Virus record (IMG/VR): IMGVR_UViG_2843857367_000001
Location: 24,782-88,781 of that record
Direction: 5' to 3' (one strand)
Source of the DNA: a virus
Taxonomy: Duplodnaviria > Caudoviricetes
DNA length: 64,000 nucleotides
The notes beneath the pieces are model-generated. The model was not told the DNA's origin and did no database searches. It worked only from the letters and a program-made list of their open reading frames with translations. Positions 26,903 through 36,413 of the stretch are shown here, in pieces. The first letter of the stretch is position 1. Each line of letters begins with the position of its first letter. A program made the position numbers and the translations under genes.

Positions 26903-28140
26903 CGCGCCATCGCCTTTTCGGAGACGCCGTCCTGCTCGTAACGAGACCAGGCATAGGCCTTTAGGTGCAGCGCTTCAGCCTTAGTCAGGGCGTTGTAGAT
27001 CGCGGTCGCGTCGGCCAGCCCGCTCGGCCGGTCCATGCCAATCCCGAAGCCCAGCCCACTATCGTGGAACGTGACCTGGCATCCGGTCTGCGCTTCAACC
27101 TGAGCGACCCAATCAGCCGCCCATGCCTGCCGCGCGGCCAGGTGTTCAGTTAGGGCCTCGACCTGATGACGATCCAACTGCGCGAAACGGTCGCTGAGCG
27201 CCTTAATCTCGGGGCGGTCGTCGCCGGCGCGGTGCAGGATGTCGGGGCCGAAAGCTGGGTTAAACAGCTTGAAGCGCATCCCCTGAGCGTAGGCTTCAAG
27301 GGCAAATTGTTCGGGATGGAAGCCTTCTAGTCCGACAGGCAGGCCGACCGCTGCTCGCATACCATCGCGCAGTTGAGCGCGGACCTCGGCGCGCCGATCC
27401 AGGTCGTTCTTCGTGACCGTGTAAGCGGTGCTGTCAGCATACACTCGGACCATCAGAGCGTCAGTGGACGGGGCGTACCAGCTCGGCTGTTCCCGCTGAC
27501 GCTGAATGGCGAGGTGCTGACGCTGGAAATAGGCCTTAACCTCCTCTCGGTCCCAGTCGGACAGAGCGGCGAAAGCTGCAGCACACTTCTCCTCACCGGG
27601 GCCCGTGAACGTCAGTCCCTCGGTTTCCGCGTCCCAGTGGAAGCGAGCCCGCGTACCTGCCGTCGTTCCCTCAAGCCATCGCCGCGCGACAAATCGTACC
27701 GGCTCCGCGTCGGCCAACTCCTTAGACGCACCGGACAGGAAGGCGGCGTCTTGATAGAGGGCGATCAGCGCGCGGTCTTCGTACGAAGCGCTCATGAGGT
27801 GGGATAGGTAAGCCGGATTGTCCGGGCTGGCGCCTTTCCAATAGCGTCCGCCGAGGAAGCTCTTGATAAAGATGCGTCCCTTTTCGGCGATTTCACCGAC
27901 AGTCGCGGCGCGGGTTTGCAGCAGCTTTTCGAGAGCATCGTCCACCGCCTGATCGGCGACTTCGACGCCCTCTTTATCGCCCGCCGCCTCGCGCTTGTCG
28001 CGGTGGTCACAGACTAGGCGCCAAGCTGCCACGGCGAGTTCGAATGGCGTTTTGTCGGCTGCTCGCACCGCGCGTGCGGCAGCGGTAACGGTGTCCTGGG
28101 TGGCGGTGGTGGCCGGAGCCAGATCGGCAGCGCTGGTCAT
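26899..28140 (-). CDS. Hypothetical protein
   Basis: Start MTSAADLA coupled to the upstream gene. Confidence 0.6.
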   Translation of the reverse strand: MTSAADLAPATTATQDTVTAAARAVRAADKTPFELAVAAWRLVCDHRDKREAAGDKEGVEVADQAVDDALEKLLQTRAATVGEIAEKGRIFIKSFLGGRYWKGASPDNPAYLSHLMSASYEDRALIALYQDAAFLSGASKELADAEPVRFVARRWLEGTTAGTRARFHWDAETEGLTFTGPGEEKCAAAFAALSDWDREEVKAYFQRQHLAIQRQREQPSWYAPSTDALMVRVYADSTAYTVTKNDLDRRAEVRAQLRDGMRAAVGLPVGLEGFHPEQFALEAYAQGMRFKLFNPAFGPDILHRAGDDRPEIKALSDRFAQLDRHQVEALTEHLAARQAWAADWVAQVEAQTGCQVTFHDSGLGFGIGMDRPSGLADATAIYNALTKAEALHLKAYAWSRYEQDGVSEKAMAR

Positions 28141-28517
28141 TGGCGCGCTCCGATCCAGACGGCGTTGTCGTCGTACTCTTCCCGCGCAGCCAGCGTCGCC
28201 AAACGGGCGGTCGCTGCCATGTCCGGATCGGCGTTCCAGAAGAAGGCCGGCGCCATGACACCGCAGACCCGGCAGTGGACGGTGTCGTCGGTGAAGTCGA
28301 CCGGCTCGCCTTTGACGTCGCGGATCACCGCCCCGTCGTCGTCGAACAGGAACTGCACCTCCGAACCTGCCGGATCGACGGACAGCTGTTCGGCCTCGCC
28401 GCAGCAGCGGCAGGGCTTCAGATCGGTCAGCGCGACGGGCGGCTGACGAAAAACTTGCTGTTGGGCATCGGCTAAAACAGCCGAGGGCCGCCGTGTATCT
28501 GCATGCGCCATGGACAA
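28137..28517 (-). CDS. Lar-like zinc-ribbon protein
   Basis: LKPCRCCG...VHCRVCG...WN. Confidence 0.6.
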   Translation of the reverse strand: MSMAHADTRRPSAVLADAQQQVFRQPPVALTDLKPCRCCGEAEQLSVDPAGSEVQFLFDDDGAVIRDVKGEPVDFTDDTVHCRVCGVMAPAFFWNADPDMAATARLATLAAREEYDDNAVWIGARQ

Positions 28518-28543
28518 GCTCCATCAAAGAGGATGGAGCAATG

Positions 28544-28584
28544 ATGCACGAATGCAACGAACCCGTCAATGCACGAATGCAACG
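28544..28584 (-). promoter_or_regulatory. Leftward promoter with two identical operators
   Basis: ATGCACGAATGCAACG at 28544 and 28569; TTGACG-N17-CATCAT on the minus strand. Confidence 0.65.
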
Positions 28585-29352
28585 CTAATCGTCAAATGGC
28601 GTGGGCATTGGCCTGGGCTGACGCATTCGCGCCTCGCGTGGCTGGTAGGAAGCTAGGACTACGCCCAGAATTTCGAACTGATATCGGTGGGCTTTTTCCT
28701 CATCCCCTGCTGCATCCGGGTCGAAATCTTGGGCTGGAAGGGCTCTGCATACCAGCTCTCGCCCCTCCCCCTCCGAAGACGGGCGGTACTCCCAAAGAGA
28801 CAGCTGGTACTTGGACCCACCGAAAAAACTAACAATCCTCCGACACAAAAAAACGTCCTGATCGTATATCGTCTCCTCTTTGTGTGATCCCACAACAAGA
28901 AACGACCCTGCTTTATAGGACGGATCCGACACATCATCGGCAACCTCATAGATCGCAATCGATTTGCTTAACCAACTGGAGTCAAATAGCGAGATCGATC
29001 GCCCAGTCTGAGGTTTTTGCAGAAGGGTGTCACGCCAGGCACCCCACTCTACTGCGCCCGCAACGGGTATCGGCTCGCCGGTAACAAGCGCAAGGCGAGT
29101 GGCCGTCCTGCTAACATCGTCCAGCGTGCTCCAATATTCGTCGGCCGACTCGTTCCTCATCTTTAGTGCGAGCTGCATCAATTTCTGCAGGGTCGCCGAA
29201 GATGGCGTGAAGGGCGAGTCCTCGTCCAGTGCCCGGGTAAGCGTGCTGGGGGATAGACCGGCCTCACGAGCAGTTTGAGATGCTGACCACCCCTGTTGCT
29301 CCATGATGGACCGGATGATCTGCGCGGTCTGATCCCGCAATTCATTAGACAT
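28585..29352 (-). CDS. CI-like repressor with degenerate S24 domain
   Basis: WSASQTAREAGLSPSTLTR HTH; IPVAGAVEWG; lacks GDSM and catalytic K. Confidence 0.8.
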   Translation of the reverse strand: MSNELRDQTAQIIRSIMEQQGWSASQTAREAGLSPSTLTRALDEDSPFTPSSATLQKLMQLALKMRNESADEYWSTLDDVSRTATRLALVTGEPIPVAGAVEWGAWRDTLLQKPQTGRSISLFDSSWLSKSIAIYEVADDVSDPSYKAGSFLVVGSHKEETIYDQDVFLCRRIVSFFGGSKYQLSLWEYRPSSEGEGRELVCRALPAQDFDPDAAGDEEKAHRYQFEILGVVLASYQPREARMRQPRPMPTPFDD

Positions 29353-29409
29353 ATAGGCCTCGCGTTGCAGCGGTGACGAAGATAGCGGCCCCGACAGCGT
29401 TGCGCTCGA

Positions 29410-29440
29410 TGCAATCATGCACTATCGTTGCATTCATGCA
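29410..29440. promoter_or_regulatory. OR-like operators TGCA-N4-TGCA
   Basis: TGCAATCATGCA and CGTTGCATTCATGCA match the 28544 repeat. Confidence 0.6.
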
Positions 29441-29636
29441 CGATCCCGTTGTCGCTTTCGAAGATGCCTGCAGGGCTCGAGGAGTGCCGCTTTTGGAGGC
29501 GCTCAAAGAGGCCAGCGTTGATCGCTCCACATGGTGGCGCTGGAAGTCTGGAAGAACTGGGCCTCGCCACGACACCCTTCAGCGCCTGCATGCGGGTCTT
29601 TCTAGGCTCGCGAATCCAGAAGGGGCGTCAGCCTGA
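29436..29636 (+). CDS. Cro-like HTH protein
   Basis: ASVDRSTWWRWKSGRTGP; divergent from the repressor. Confidence 0.8.
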   Translation: MHDPVVAFEDACRARGVPLLEALKEASVDRSTWWRWKSGRTGPRHDTLQRLHAGLSRLANPEGASA

Positions 29637-29880
29637 TGCAGCGCGCCCCTCGCCTTCTCCCGCTGCTCCTGCGCCAGACGCCACCACTTCGGGTCTCGCG
29701 TCTCCCTCGCGGCAACACTGCAAGCTCCCGCCGCAACTCCATGGCGGATCGCCCGCAAGATTTCTGCGGACGGCTCCGGTCCGCTGTTCGCCCTGTCCAA
29801 CATCTCAACCTCCAATCCTGTGAGGCGACATTCGGCCAACGCCGGTCGTCCGTCACCTTGCACGCACAAGGCTCTTGGCA

Positions 29881-30324
29881 ATGAACGACTTCTCTCCCGC
29901 TCTCCTGAAGGCGCACTTCGGCCAGTTGGTCGACGCTGTCGGCACGCAGGAAGCCGCCGCCGCATTCCTCGGCGTCAGCCGTCAGCGCGTCGGCCAGTTG
30001 ATCAGCACGGCGAACAACGACCTGCCGACCTGGGGGCAGGTGTGGAAGCTGGAAAAGGTGACGGGACAATCGCTGGTCTTCGGCGCGTTCAGCCGCATGA
30101 CGGCGGGCGAAGAGGCTCACACCGGCGCCCTAACCGCTGCAGTCGAAAGCACCGCGACGGCCACCCGCGCCCTTCAGGCCGTCCATGCGGCGAAAGCTGA
30201 CGGCATCATCGAGCCGCACGAGGTTGAAGCTGTGCGGGATGCGGCGCGCGACAACCTGATCGCCGCCCAGCGCCAATACGACGAGAGCATGCGCTTGCGC
30301 TCGACTGCGGGAGCTGATGCATGA
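29881..30324 (+). CDS. CII-like phage regulator
   Basis: N-terminal HTH, ADGIIEPHE motif, position after Cro. Confidence 0.6.
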   Translation: MNDFSPALLKAHFGQLVDAVGTQEAAAAFLGVSRQRVGQLISTANNDLPTWGQVWKLEKVTGQSLVFGAFSRMTAGEEAHTGALTAAVESTATATRALQAVHAAKADGIIEPHEVEAVRDAARDNLIAAQRQYDESMRLRSTAGADA

Positions 30325-31331
30325 TCCAGATCGACCGGATCACGACCTTCGACCGCGTCCGTCAGGCGGACCGAAAGCAGGTTGAAGCCCTGGCCGAAAG
30401 CATCCGCGAGGTCGGGCTGCTCAATCCCATCGCGGTGGCGCCGGATGGCGATGGCTATGCCCTGATCGCCGGGATGCACCGGCTGGAAGCCGCGCGCCTG
30501 CTCGGCTGGGCCGAAATCCCGGCCACCGTGCTGGCGTTGGATCAGCACCGCCGGATCATCGCCGAGTGCGACGAGAACCTGTGCGCGCCGTCCCTGACGC
30601 CCGCCGAACGCGCTGAGTTCACCCGTCGTCGGAAGGCTGCCTACGAGGCGCTGCACCCGGAGACCGTTCGGGAGGCGACGCTAAAGAGGGGCGAGAATCT
30701 CCCGAGTCGCCAAGTTGGCGAAACGGGACCAACTCCCCGCTTCACCGCCGATACCGCCGCCGCAACGGGCCAGTCCGAGCGGGCCGTTCAGCGCGACGCC
30801 GAGCGGGGCGAGAAGGTCTCTGACGAAGCGCTGGCGCTGATCAAGGGCACGCGCCTCGACACCGGTCGCTACCTCGACAGCATTAAGAACCTGTCGGCAG
30901 AGGATCAGGTGGCGAAGGTGGAGGCGGATCTGGCGCCGCCATCGGAAGCCGTCGAAAAACGGGACACGCCACCCGCTGAGCCTGCCGAGCCCATCGACCC
31001 CGCCGAAGCCAAGGCCCGGCGCGAAATCGCCCAGCTTCCCGACGAGGCCAAGGTCGACGAGATCGTCGGCCTACGGGCTGAAGTCATCGACCTGCGCAAA
31101 GCGGTCAAGGAACATAAGGCCAACATCGCCAAGCTGAAGACGCAGCTGAAAGGCCACGAGGGCGACAAGGACGACACGATCCGGGCGATGCAAAGGAAGC
31201 TCGATCACGCGAACAGCGAGATGTTCCGCGCGAAGGAAGACGCCGCCCGAGAGCTGCGCCGAAGCCACGTGCTGAAGAAGGAGAACGCGAAGCTCAAAGC
31301 CGAGATCGAGAACCAGGTGTTCCAGCTTTGA
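30321..31331 (+). CDS. ParB N-terminal domain protein
   Basis: LAESIREVGLLNPI, IAGMHRLEA, DENL. Confidence 0.85.
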   Translation: MIQIDRITTFDRVRQADRKQVEALAESIREVGLLNPIAVAPDGDGYALIAGMHRLEAARLLGWAEIPATVLALDQHRRIIAECDENLCAPSLTPAERAEFTRRRKAAYEALHPETVREATLKRGENLPSRQVGETGPTPRFTADTAAATGQSERAVQRDAERGEKVSDEALALIKGTRLDTGRYLDSIKNLSAEDQVAKVEADLAPPSEAVEKRDTPPAEPAEPIDPAEAKARREIAQLPDEAKVDEIVGLRAEVIDLRKAVKEHKANIAKLKTQLKGHEGDKDDTIRAMQRKLDHANSEMFRAKEDAARELRRSHVLKKENAKLKAEIENQVFQL

Positions 31332-31579
31332 GCATCGTCGAGCGCATCAGAGCCCATGGCGGCGAGGTCGGAAGGGACCGCTGGAACGTCAGCCTCCGCA
31401 AGGGACGGCTGGACGCGACGGCGCTTGCCTGGATCGCGAAGCACAGGGCCCAGCTGATGCGCGAGATCTGGCCTGAATACGACGCCTTCGAAGAGCGCGC
31501 AGCCATCATCGAATACGACGGTGGTCTGCCACGAGCTGAGGCCGAGCGCGCCGCATACCGGGAGGTGTGCGGATGCTGA
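31328..31579 (+). CDS. Conserved small phage replication-region protein
   Basis: FEERAAIIEYDGGLPRAEAE motif. Confidence 0.65.
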   Translation: MSIVERIRAHGGEVGRDRWNVSLRKGRLDATALAWIAKHRAQLMREIWPEYDAFEERAAIIEYDGGLPRAEAERAAYREVCGC

Positions 31580-33141
31580 CGTTCGTCGACGCCAAGGAGA
31601 TCGCCCTGAGACCTTATCAGGGATCGGTGGTCGAGCGGTTGCGCGAGAAAATCCGGCAGCGCATCAAGCGCCTGATCCTGTGCGCCACAACGGGCGCCGG
31701 GAAGACGCTGATATCAGCCTATCTTATCAAGGAGGCGGCGAAGAAGGGCAGCTATGTGCTGTTCATCGTCGACCGCGTCGCACTGGTCGAGCAGACAAGC
31801 GCCGTCTTCGACGAGTACGGCATCCACCACGGCATCGTGCAAGGTATCCACCAACGGTGGGCGCCGCGCGAGAACGTGCAGGTCTGTTCGGCCCAGACGC
31901 TCGCCCGCCGCAGCCTGCCACGCGACCCCGACCTGATCGTCGTCGACGAAGCCCACTGTCAGTTCAAGGCCACGATCGAGTTCATGAACCGCTATCCCAA
32001 CGCGGTGAAGATCGGTCTGACCGCAACGCCCTTCACCAAGGGGATGGGCCAGCACTGGGACGGCATGGTCAACGCGGTTTCGACCCGGGAGTTGATCAAC
32101 GACGGGTTTCTGGTCGAGCCGAAAATCTACGTCGCCCGCAGCCCTGACGATACTGAACTGAGCCGGAACAGCTTCGGCGAATTCAGCGACAGGAGCGCCG
32201 CCTCGGCTGGGATCAAGATCGTCGGGGACGTGGTTCAGGAATGGATCGCCAAGACCCGCGAGCATTTCGGCGGGCCAGTGAAAACCATCGTCTTCAGCCC
32301 GACGGTCGAGCATGGCCGAGAGCTGTGCGCCGCCTTTGCGGCCGCCGGGTTCAACTTCCAGCAGATCAGCTATCTGGACGACGACGACGAACGCCTGGCG
32401 CGGATTGCCGAGTTCCGCCGTCTCGACAGCCTGATCCACGGCCTGATCTCCTGCGGCGTTCTGACTAAGGGGTTCGACGTGCCCGACGTGCGGGTTGGGA
32501 TCTCCTGCAAGCCGTACCGCAAGAGCCTGTCCAGCCACATGCAGGAGATCGGCCGCGTGATGCGTTCGCATCCAGGCAAGGACGTAGCCCTTTGGCTCGA
32601 CCATTCCGGCAATATCGAGCGGTTCGCCTTGGACATGTACGATGTCTGGGAGAACGGCGCCGGCGAACTGGACAAGGCCGAAAAGCGGGACAGCGTCGCC
32701 CGCGAGCGCAACGAGAAGGCCCGCGAGAAGGTAGTCTGCCCGGAATGCTCCGGTGCCCTGCGCGGCACGACCTGCACGGCCTGCGGCTGGGAGAAGCCAG
32801 CGCGTTCAGGCATCCAGGCTGTCGAGGGCGAACTGCGCGAGTTCGATGCGGGCGCAATGGACATGGAGGCACGCCCAGGCCTACGCGCCGAGTGCCTGAA
32901 GAACCCCAAGGCGGTCTACAATGCCGCCATCTGCTACAGCATCGACCAGAGCCGCCATGGCGACTGTGAGGCCGCCCGGAAGCGCGCCTGGGCGATTTGG
33001 AAAGGGATCTATCCCGGCAGTAAGCCGCCCTATCACTGGTTCAGCATGGCGCCAGTCGCGCCCGACGCTGGGGCGTATGCGCTGGCGGACCGCGAAGTTC
33101 TGCGCTTCCGCAAGCTGAACAAAACGCGGAGGGTGAAATGA
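31573..33141 (+). CDS. SF2 DEAH-box helicase
   Basis: LRPYQ, TGAGKT, DEAH, TAT, GFDVP, QEIGRVMR, CPEC zinc finger. Confidence 0.93.
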   Translation: MLTFVDAKEIALRPYQGSVVERLREKIRQRIKRLILCATTGAGKTLISAYLIKEAAKKGSYVLFIVDRVALVEQTSAVFDEYGIHHGIVQGIHQRWAPRENVQVCSAQTLARRSLPRDPDLIVVDEAHCQFKATIEFMNRYPNAVKIGLTATPFTKGMGQHWDGMVNAVSTRELINDGFLVEPKIYVARSPDDTELSRNSFGEFSDRSAASAGIKIVGDVVQEWIAKTREHFGGPVKTIVFSPTVEHGRELCAAFAAAGFNFQQISYLDDDDERLARIAEFRRLDSLIHGLISCGVLTKGFDVPDVRVGISCKPYRKSLSSHMQEIGRVMRSHPGKDVALWLDHSGNIERFALDMYDVWENGAGELDKAEKRDSVARERNEKAREKVVCPECSGALRGTTCTACGWEKPARSGIQAVEGELREFDAGAMDMEARPGLRAECLKNPKAVYNAAICYSIDQSRHGDCEAARKRAWAIWKGIYPGSKPPYHWFSMAPVAPDAGAYALADREVLRFRKLNKTRRVK

Positions 33142-34058
33142 CCCTGTCGCTGACTGAAGCCCTGCATCAGGCCTGTGCGGTGGTGGGCATCGAGCCCCCC
33201 AAACGCCGCCTCTCCCCCGGCCATTGGGTGCGCACGGATACCAAGGGCAAGAACGGCCGGGACGACGCCGCCGTCCTGATCTTCGACGATGAGAATGGCG
33301 GCATGGTGTGGAATCACCAGACCGGCGCCAACCACCGCTTCAGCATTCTCGGATCGGGTCCGGTTCACCGCGATCCCGAGGTTGAGCGTCGCGCCCGCCG
33401 CCGAGAAGCGGCCCGTCTCGCCGAGCAACAGGAGGTCGAGCGCATCTGCGCGGCCATCGTGCGCGGCTGCCGGCAGGACAAGCATCCCTATCTGGAGAAG
33501 AAAGGCTTCCCAGATGAGTTGGGTCTGGTCTGCGACGTGCTCAGCAAGTTCTTCCCTGAGACGCCCTTCGGCGAAGCCCTGGCCAAGGCTCTGCCGGGCA
33601 TCGGCCCCTTCCTGATCGTCCCCGGCCGCATCGGCGGCAAGGTTACGACGGTGCAGTTCATCACCGCCGACGGGGCGAAGAAGAACATCCTGCGCGGAGC
33701 CCAGGGCGGCGCCAGCCACCGGATAGCTTCTGGGCGCGATACGTGGGTGTGCGAGGGCATCGCCACGGCGATGAGCATCAGAGCCGCGCTGCGCCTTCTG
33801 GGCGTTTCTGCGACGGTCCTGAGCGCCTTCTCGGCATCCAACGTCGAGAAGGTGGCTGCGGCCATCCCCGGCGCTCGCATCGCGGCCGATCACGACGCTC
33901 CGAACGCGCATCTGGAAGGCAAGGGCGCCGGAGAGTTCTACGCACGACGCTCGGGCTGCGCCTGGGTTATGCCGCCTGCTATCGGTGACTTCAACGACAT
34001 GCATGTGGAGCATGGCCTGCGCGCCGTCGCGCTCCATCTCAGGGAGGCGCTGGGATGA
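33138..34058 (+). CDS. TOPRIM-domain primase
   Basis: HPYLEKKG, VCEGIATA, AADHD, GDFND. Confidence 0.88.
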   Translation: MTLSLTEALHQACAVVGIEPPKRRLSPGHWVRTDTKGKNGRDDAAVLIFDDENGGMVWNHQTGANHRFSILGSGPVHRDPEVERRARRREAARLAEQQEVERICAAIVRGCRQDKHPYLEKKGFPDELGLVCDVLSKFFPETPFGEALAKALPGIGPFLIVPGRIGGKVTTVQFITADGAKKNILRGAQGGASHRIASGRDTWVCEGIATAMSIRAALRLLGVSATVLSAFSASNVEKVAAAIPGARIAADHDAPNAHLEGKGAGEFYARRSGCAWVMPPAIGDFNDMHVEHGLRAVALHLREALG

Positions 34059-34432
34059 AGAGAGTATCGTCCAGGGCTGATCGCATCCGCGTCTTCCACG
34101 AGCGCCTTCGGTCTCTCGGGTTTGCCAGCTATCACGAATACCTCCGGAGCCCGCACTGGCACGATGTTCGTCGCCGATACTGGGCCAGCAAGCTTGCCAA
34201 GAAGGCCTGCTGCGCCGGATGCGGCGCAGGGACGGCGCTTGCGCTTCACCACAGGACTTACAAGCGGATCGGACAGGAACGCCTGATGGATCTGATTCTG
34301 GTCTGCCGGAGCTGTCATTCGGACATCCACGACTTCGAGGACCGGGTTGGGGCTCACCCTTGGCGTGCGACCAACAAGACCTTGCGGACCAAGCGCAAAT
34401 CCCTCGGCCTTAGCGGGAGGGACGTCATCTGA
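34055..34432 (+). CDS. Small HNH endonuclease
   Basis: YLRSPHW, CAGC, LHHRTY, VCRSCHSDIH. Confidence 0.8.
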   Translation: MKRVSSRADRIRVFHERLRSLGFASYHEYLRSPHWHDVRRRYWASKLAKKACCAGCGAGTALALHHRTYKRIGQERLMDLILVCRSCHSDIHDFEDRVGAHPWRATNKTLRTKRKSLGLSGRDVI

Positions 34433-34440
34433 TGAAGCGA

Positions 34441-34760
34441 GCATCCCTCTCACGCTCAAAGAGAGAGGGGCCATTCCGACCGGTCGGTTTCGAGGAGAGA
34501 CGGCGGCGGCGGATATGGGAAGGCCCACCGTGGGGCAGGAACCTGGGCAAGCGCAGTCCTAAAGAGAGAAGCGCGGTTCCCGGCGCGTCGCAATGGCGCC
34601 GACATAGTAGCTCTCAACGAGACGGGGGATGCGACCCCACCGTTTCGGCCCAAGGCGGCGGCCCGGCTCCGGCCAGCAAGACCACCACGGGCATGGGGAC
34701 TAGCCGTCGGGGAGTAAATCCTCGGGGGCTAGTCGTCCCATGCCCGGACAACAACCCTCT
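34441..34760 (+). ncRNA. Candidate structured non-coding element (RNA or ssDNA origin)
   Basis: At least five stem-loops, including a ~24-bp interrupted hairpin at 34688-34746; strand assumed. Confidence 0.5.
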
Positions 34761-34845
34761 CCATCCAGCAACTACCTTTCAGAAAGAGGAACAGTAGCGA
34801 TGCAGCACGCGAACGACGAACCGCCTGACCGGAGCTTGTGATCTG

Positions 34846-35052
34846 ATGGTCGAACGCATCTCCCTCGCTCAACAGCACGCCGTCAACGAGCAGCGGCGCA
34901 TGGGGCGGACGGACCGTCAGGCCGAGAAGATCGTCGGTCTGCCGAGCGGCATCCTCTCTCGCCCCTTCATCGTGGTCGATGACCGCGACCCGCGCCCGCA
35001 GCGGGGCCCAGGCATCAGCCCCCGCACCCTTTACCGATACACCCTGTTCTGA
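34846..35052 (+). CDS. Hypothetical protein
   Basis: 68-aa ORF with host-like codon use. Confidence 0.45.
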   Translation: MVERISLAQQHAVNEQRRMGRTDRQAEKIVGLPSGILSRPFIVVDDRDPRPQRGPGISPRTLYRYTLF

Positions 35053-35065
35053 AAGGCCCCTCCCC

Positions 35066-35848
35066 ATGGGCAAAGCCACCAAACCCCGCCTCAACCCCCG
35101 ATCCAAGGGCGGCCGCCCCCGTCAGCCGGGCGAGCGCACCAAGAGCGGACGCCTGAAGCACAGCCCGAACGAGCGCGTCCTGCAGATGCGGTCGGTCTTC
35201 GGCGTCGACCATATCGGTCAGGCGTTCTCACCCATCCAGATCGCGTTCAAGAACGGCTGGCTGTCAGAGGCCGACTGCCGGGCAGCGGCAGAGTTCGCAT
35301 CGCTTCACGCCGCCGCCGGTATGGGCCGCAGCAGCATCAGCCTGTCGGCCGGCATGGAGGTGAAGCCCGGCGCAGATACCTCGGGAGACGTGACGGCCGC
35401 GTCGTTCTTCGCCACGCTGCCGGACCGCGAGGTCGCCGAGATCTGGGACGCCGTGTTCACCGACGACGGTGATCGCGCCCTGAACCGTGAAGAGGCGGCA
35501 GCCCGCGCCATGAAGCGCTGGAAGCTGGCCTGCGCCGCCATGACGCCGGAGCAGCGCGAGGAGGTCCATAACGTCTGCATCCTCGACAGTTTCCCGCAAT
35601 GGATCATCCAGCGCGCTCACGGGCACATGGAAACGAGCTGGGAGAGGAAGCGCGACCTGCTGATCGGTGGTCTGCGCGCCGTGCGGGCAGAGCTTCATCC
35701 GCCTAGGGGAAAACCGGAGCAGCGGACAGTGGCGCCCGTCGCGTCGGTCTCGCCCGCGCGTGCCCAGGTCGAGCGCACGGTCTACGTGAGTGAGGATGGC
35801 GTGCCGTTGCTGGAGGTCGAGCGTGTCGTACGGCGTGGGGCGGGTTGA
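35066..35848 (+). CDS. DUF6456/GafZ-like late transcription regulator
   Basis: SPIQIAFKNGWLSEADCRAAAEF...VHNVC...GLRAV; occupies the Q position. Confidence 0.55.
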   Translation: MGKATKPRLNPRSKGGRPRQPGERTKSGRLKHSPNERVLQMRSVFGVDHIGQAFSPIQIAFKNGWLSEADCRAAAEFASLHAAAGMGRSSISLSAGMEVKPGADTSGDVTAASFFATLPDREVAEIWDAVFTDDGDRALNREEAAARAMKRWKLACAAMTPEQREEVHNVCILDSFPQWIIQRAHGHMETSWERKRDLLIGGLRAVRAELHPPRGKPEQRTVAPVASVSPARAQVERTVYVSEDGVPLLEVERVVRRGAG

Positions 35849-35899
35849 CCAGCCGCCTCGAGATCGGAGAACATTACATGAACTTCAGAGTGAGTCGCC

Positions 35900-36346
35900 A
35901 TGGTCCGTCTGTTCGATATCCCCGGCATCCCCGCTATCGAGAACCGCACCAGGCTCAACGCCCTCACAGGCGTCCGTGAGGATCACGATCTTGATCGGAT
36001 GATCCTTGAGCTCATTGCAGAGGTGTTCGCGCTGAAGCCCGACTGCGACCCGTACGACGTGGGTTTTTATATTGAAGACGACGATAGCGACGAAGATGCC
36101 ATAACGGCCTGGCGTCAGGATGGGTGGGATGTCACTGGTCCTGACGGCAACATTCTGGAATGCCTAGACAGGTTCGCCTGGAACTTGGCGGCGGCTGGTG
36201 AGGGGCTCACACAGCGCAGTATGATCGAGCTCGAGGCGCTTGCCTGGGGGGAGAGGGCTGCGGTCAAGCCAAAGACGGACCCTCGCGAAAGGACGCGGAA
36301 CCAGCAATTCTTAAACTTCGGCGCTCGCCGTCGACGTGCGGCTTGA
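35900..36346 (+). CDS. Hypothetical acidic protein
   Basis: 148-aa ORF. Confidence 0.6.
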   Translation: MVRLFDIPGIPAIENRTRLNALTGVREDHDLDRMILELIAEVFALKPDCDPYDVGFYIEDDDSDEDAITAWRQDGWDVTGPDGNILECLDRFAWNLAAAGEGLTQRSMIELEALAWGERAAVKPKTDPRERTRNQQFLNFGARRRRAA

Positions 36347-36371
36347 CAGGCGGATGGAATAGGAAGATAAG
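36343..36371 (+). promoter_or_regulatory. Putative late promoter (pR'-like)
   Basis: TTGACA-N17-GATAAG. Confidence 0.55.
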
Positions 36372-36413
36372 CCTAGGAACAGATATGTCAGGGTGGCACG
36401 AAATCCTGACCGA

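Noticed and set aside
29636-29884. 82-aa ORF between cro and the cII-like gene
   Set aside because: R/S/P-rich with no motif; coupling alone is insufficient support
34432-34797. 121-aa ORF over the structured region
   Set aside because: Low-complexity R/G/P/S composition with no motifs; hairpin density fits a non-coding role better, though TGATG coupling means it is not fully excluded
34055-34800. Group I intron or IscB/HEARO interpretation
   Set aside because: GACATAGT and TCAACGAGAC resemble S and R elements but are in the wrong order, no interrupted gene is evident, and the HNH lacks RuvC and PLMP regions
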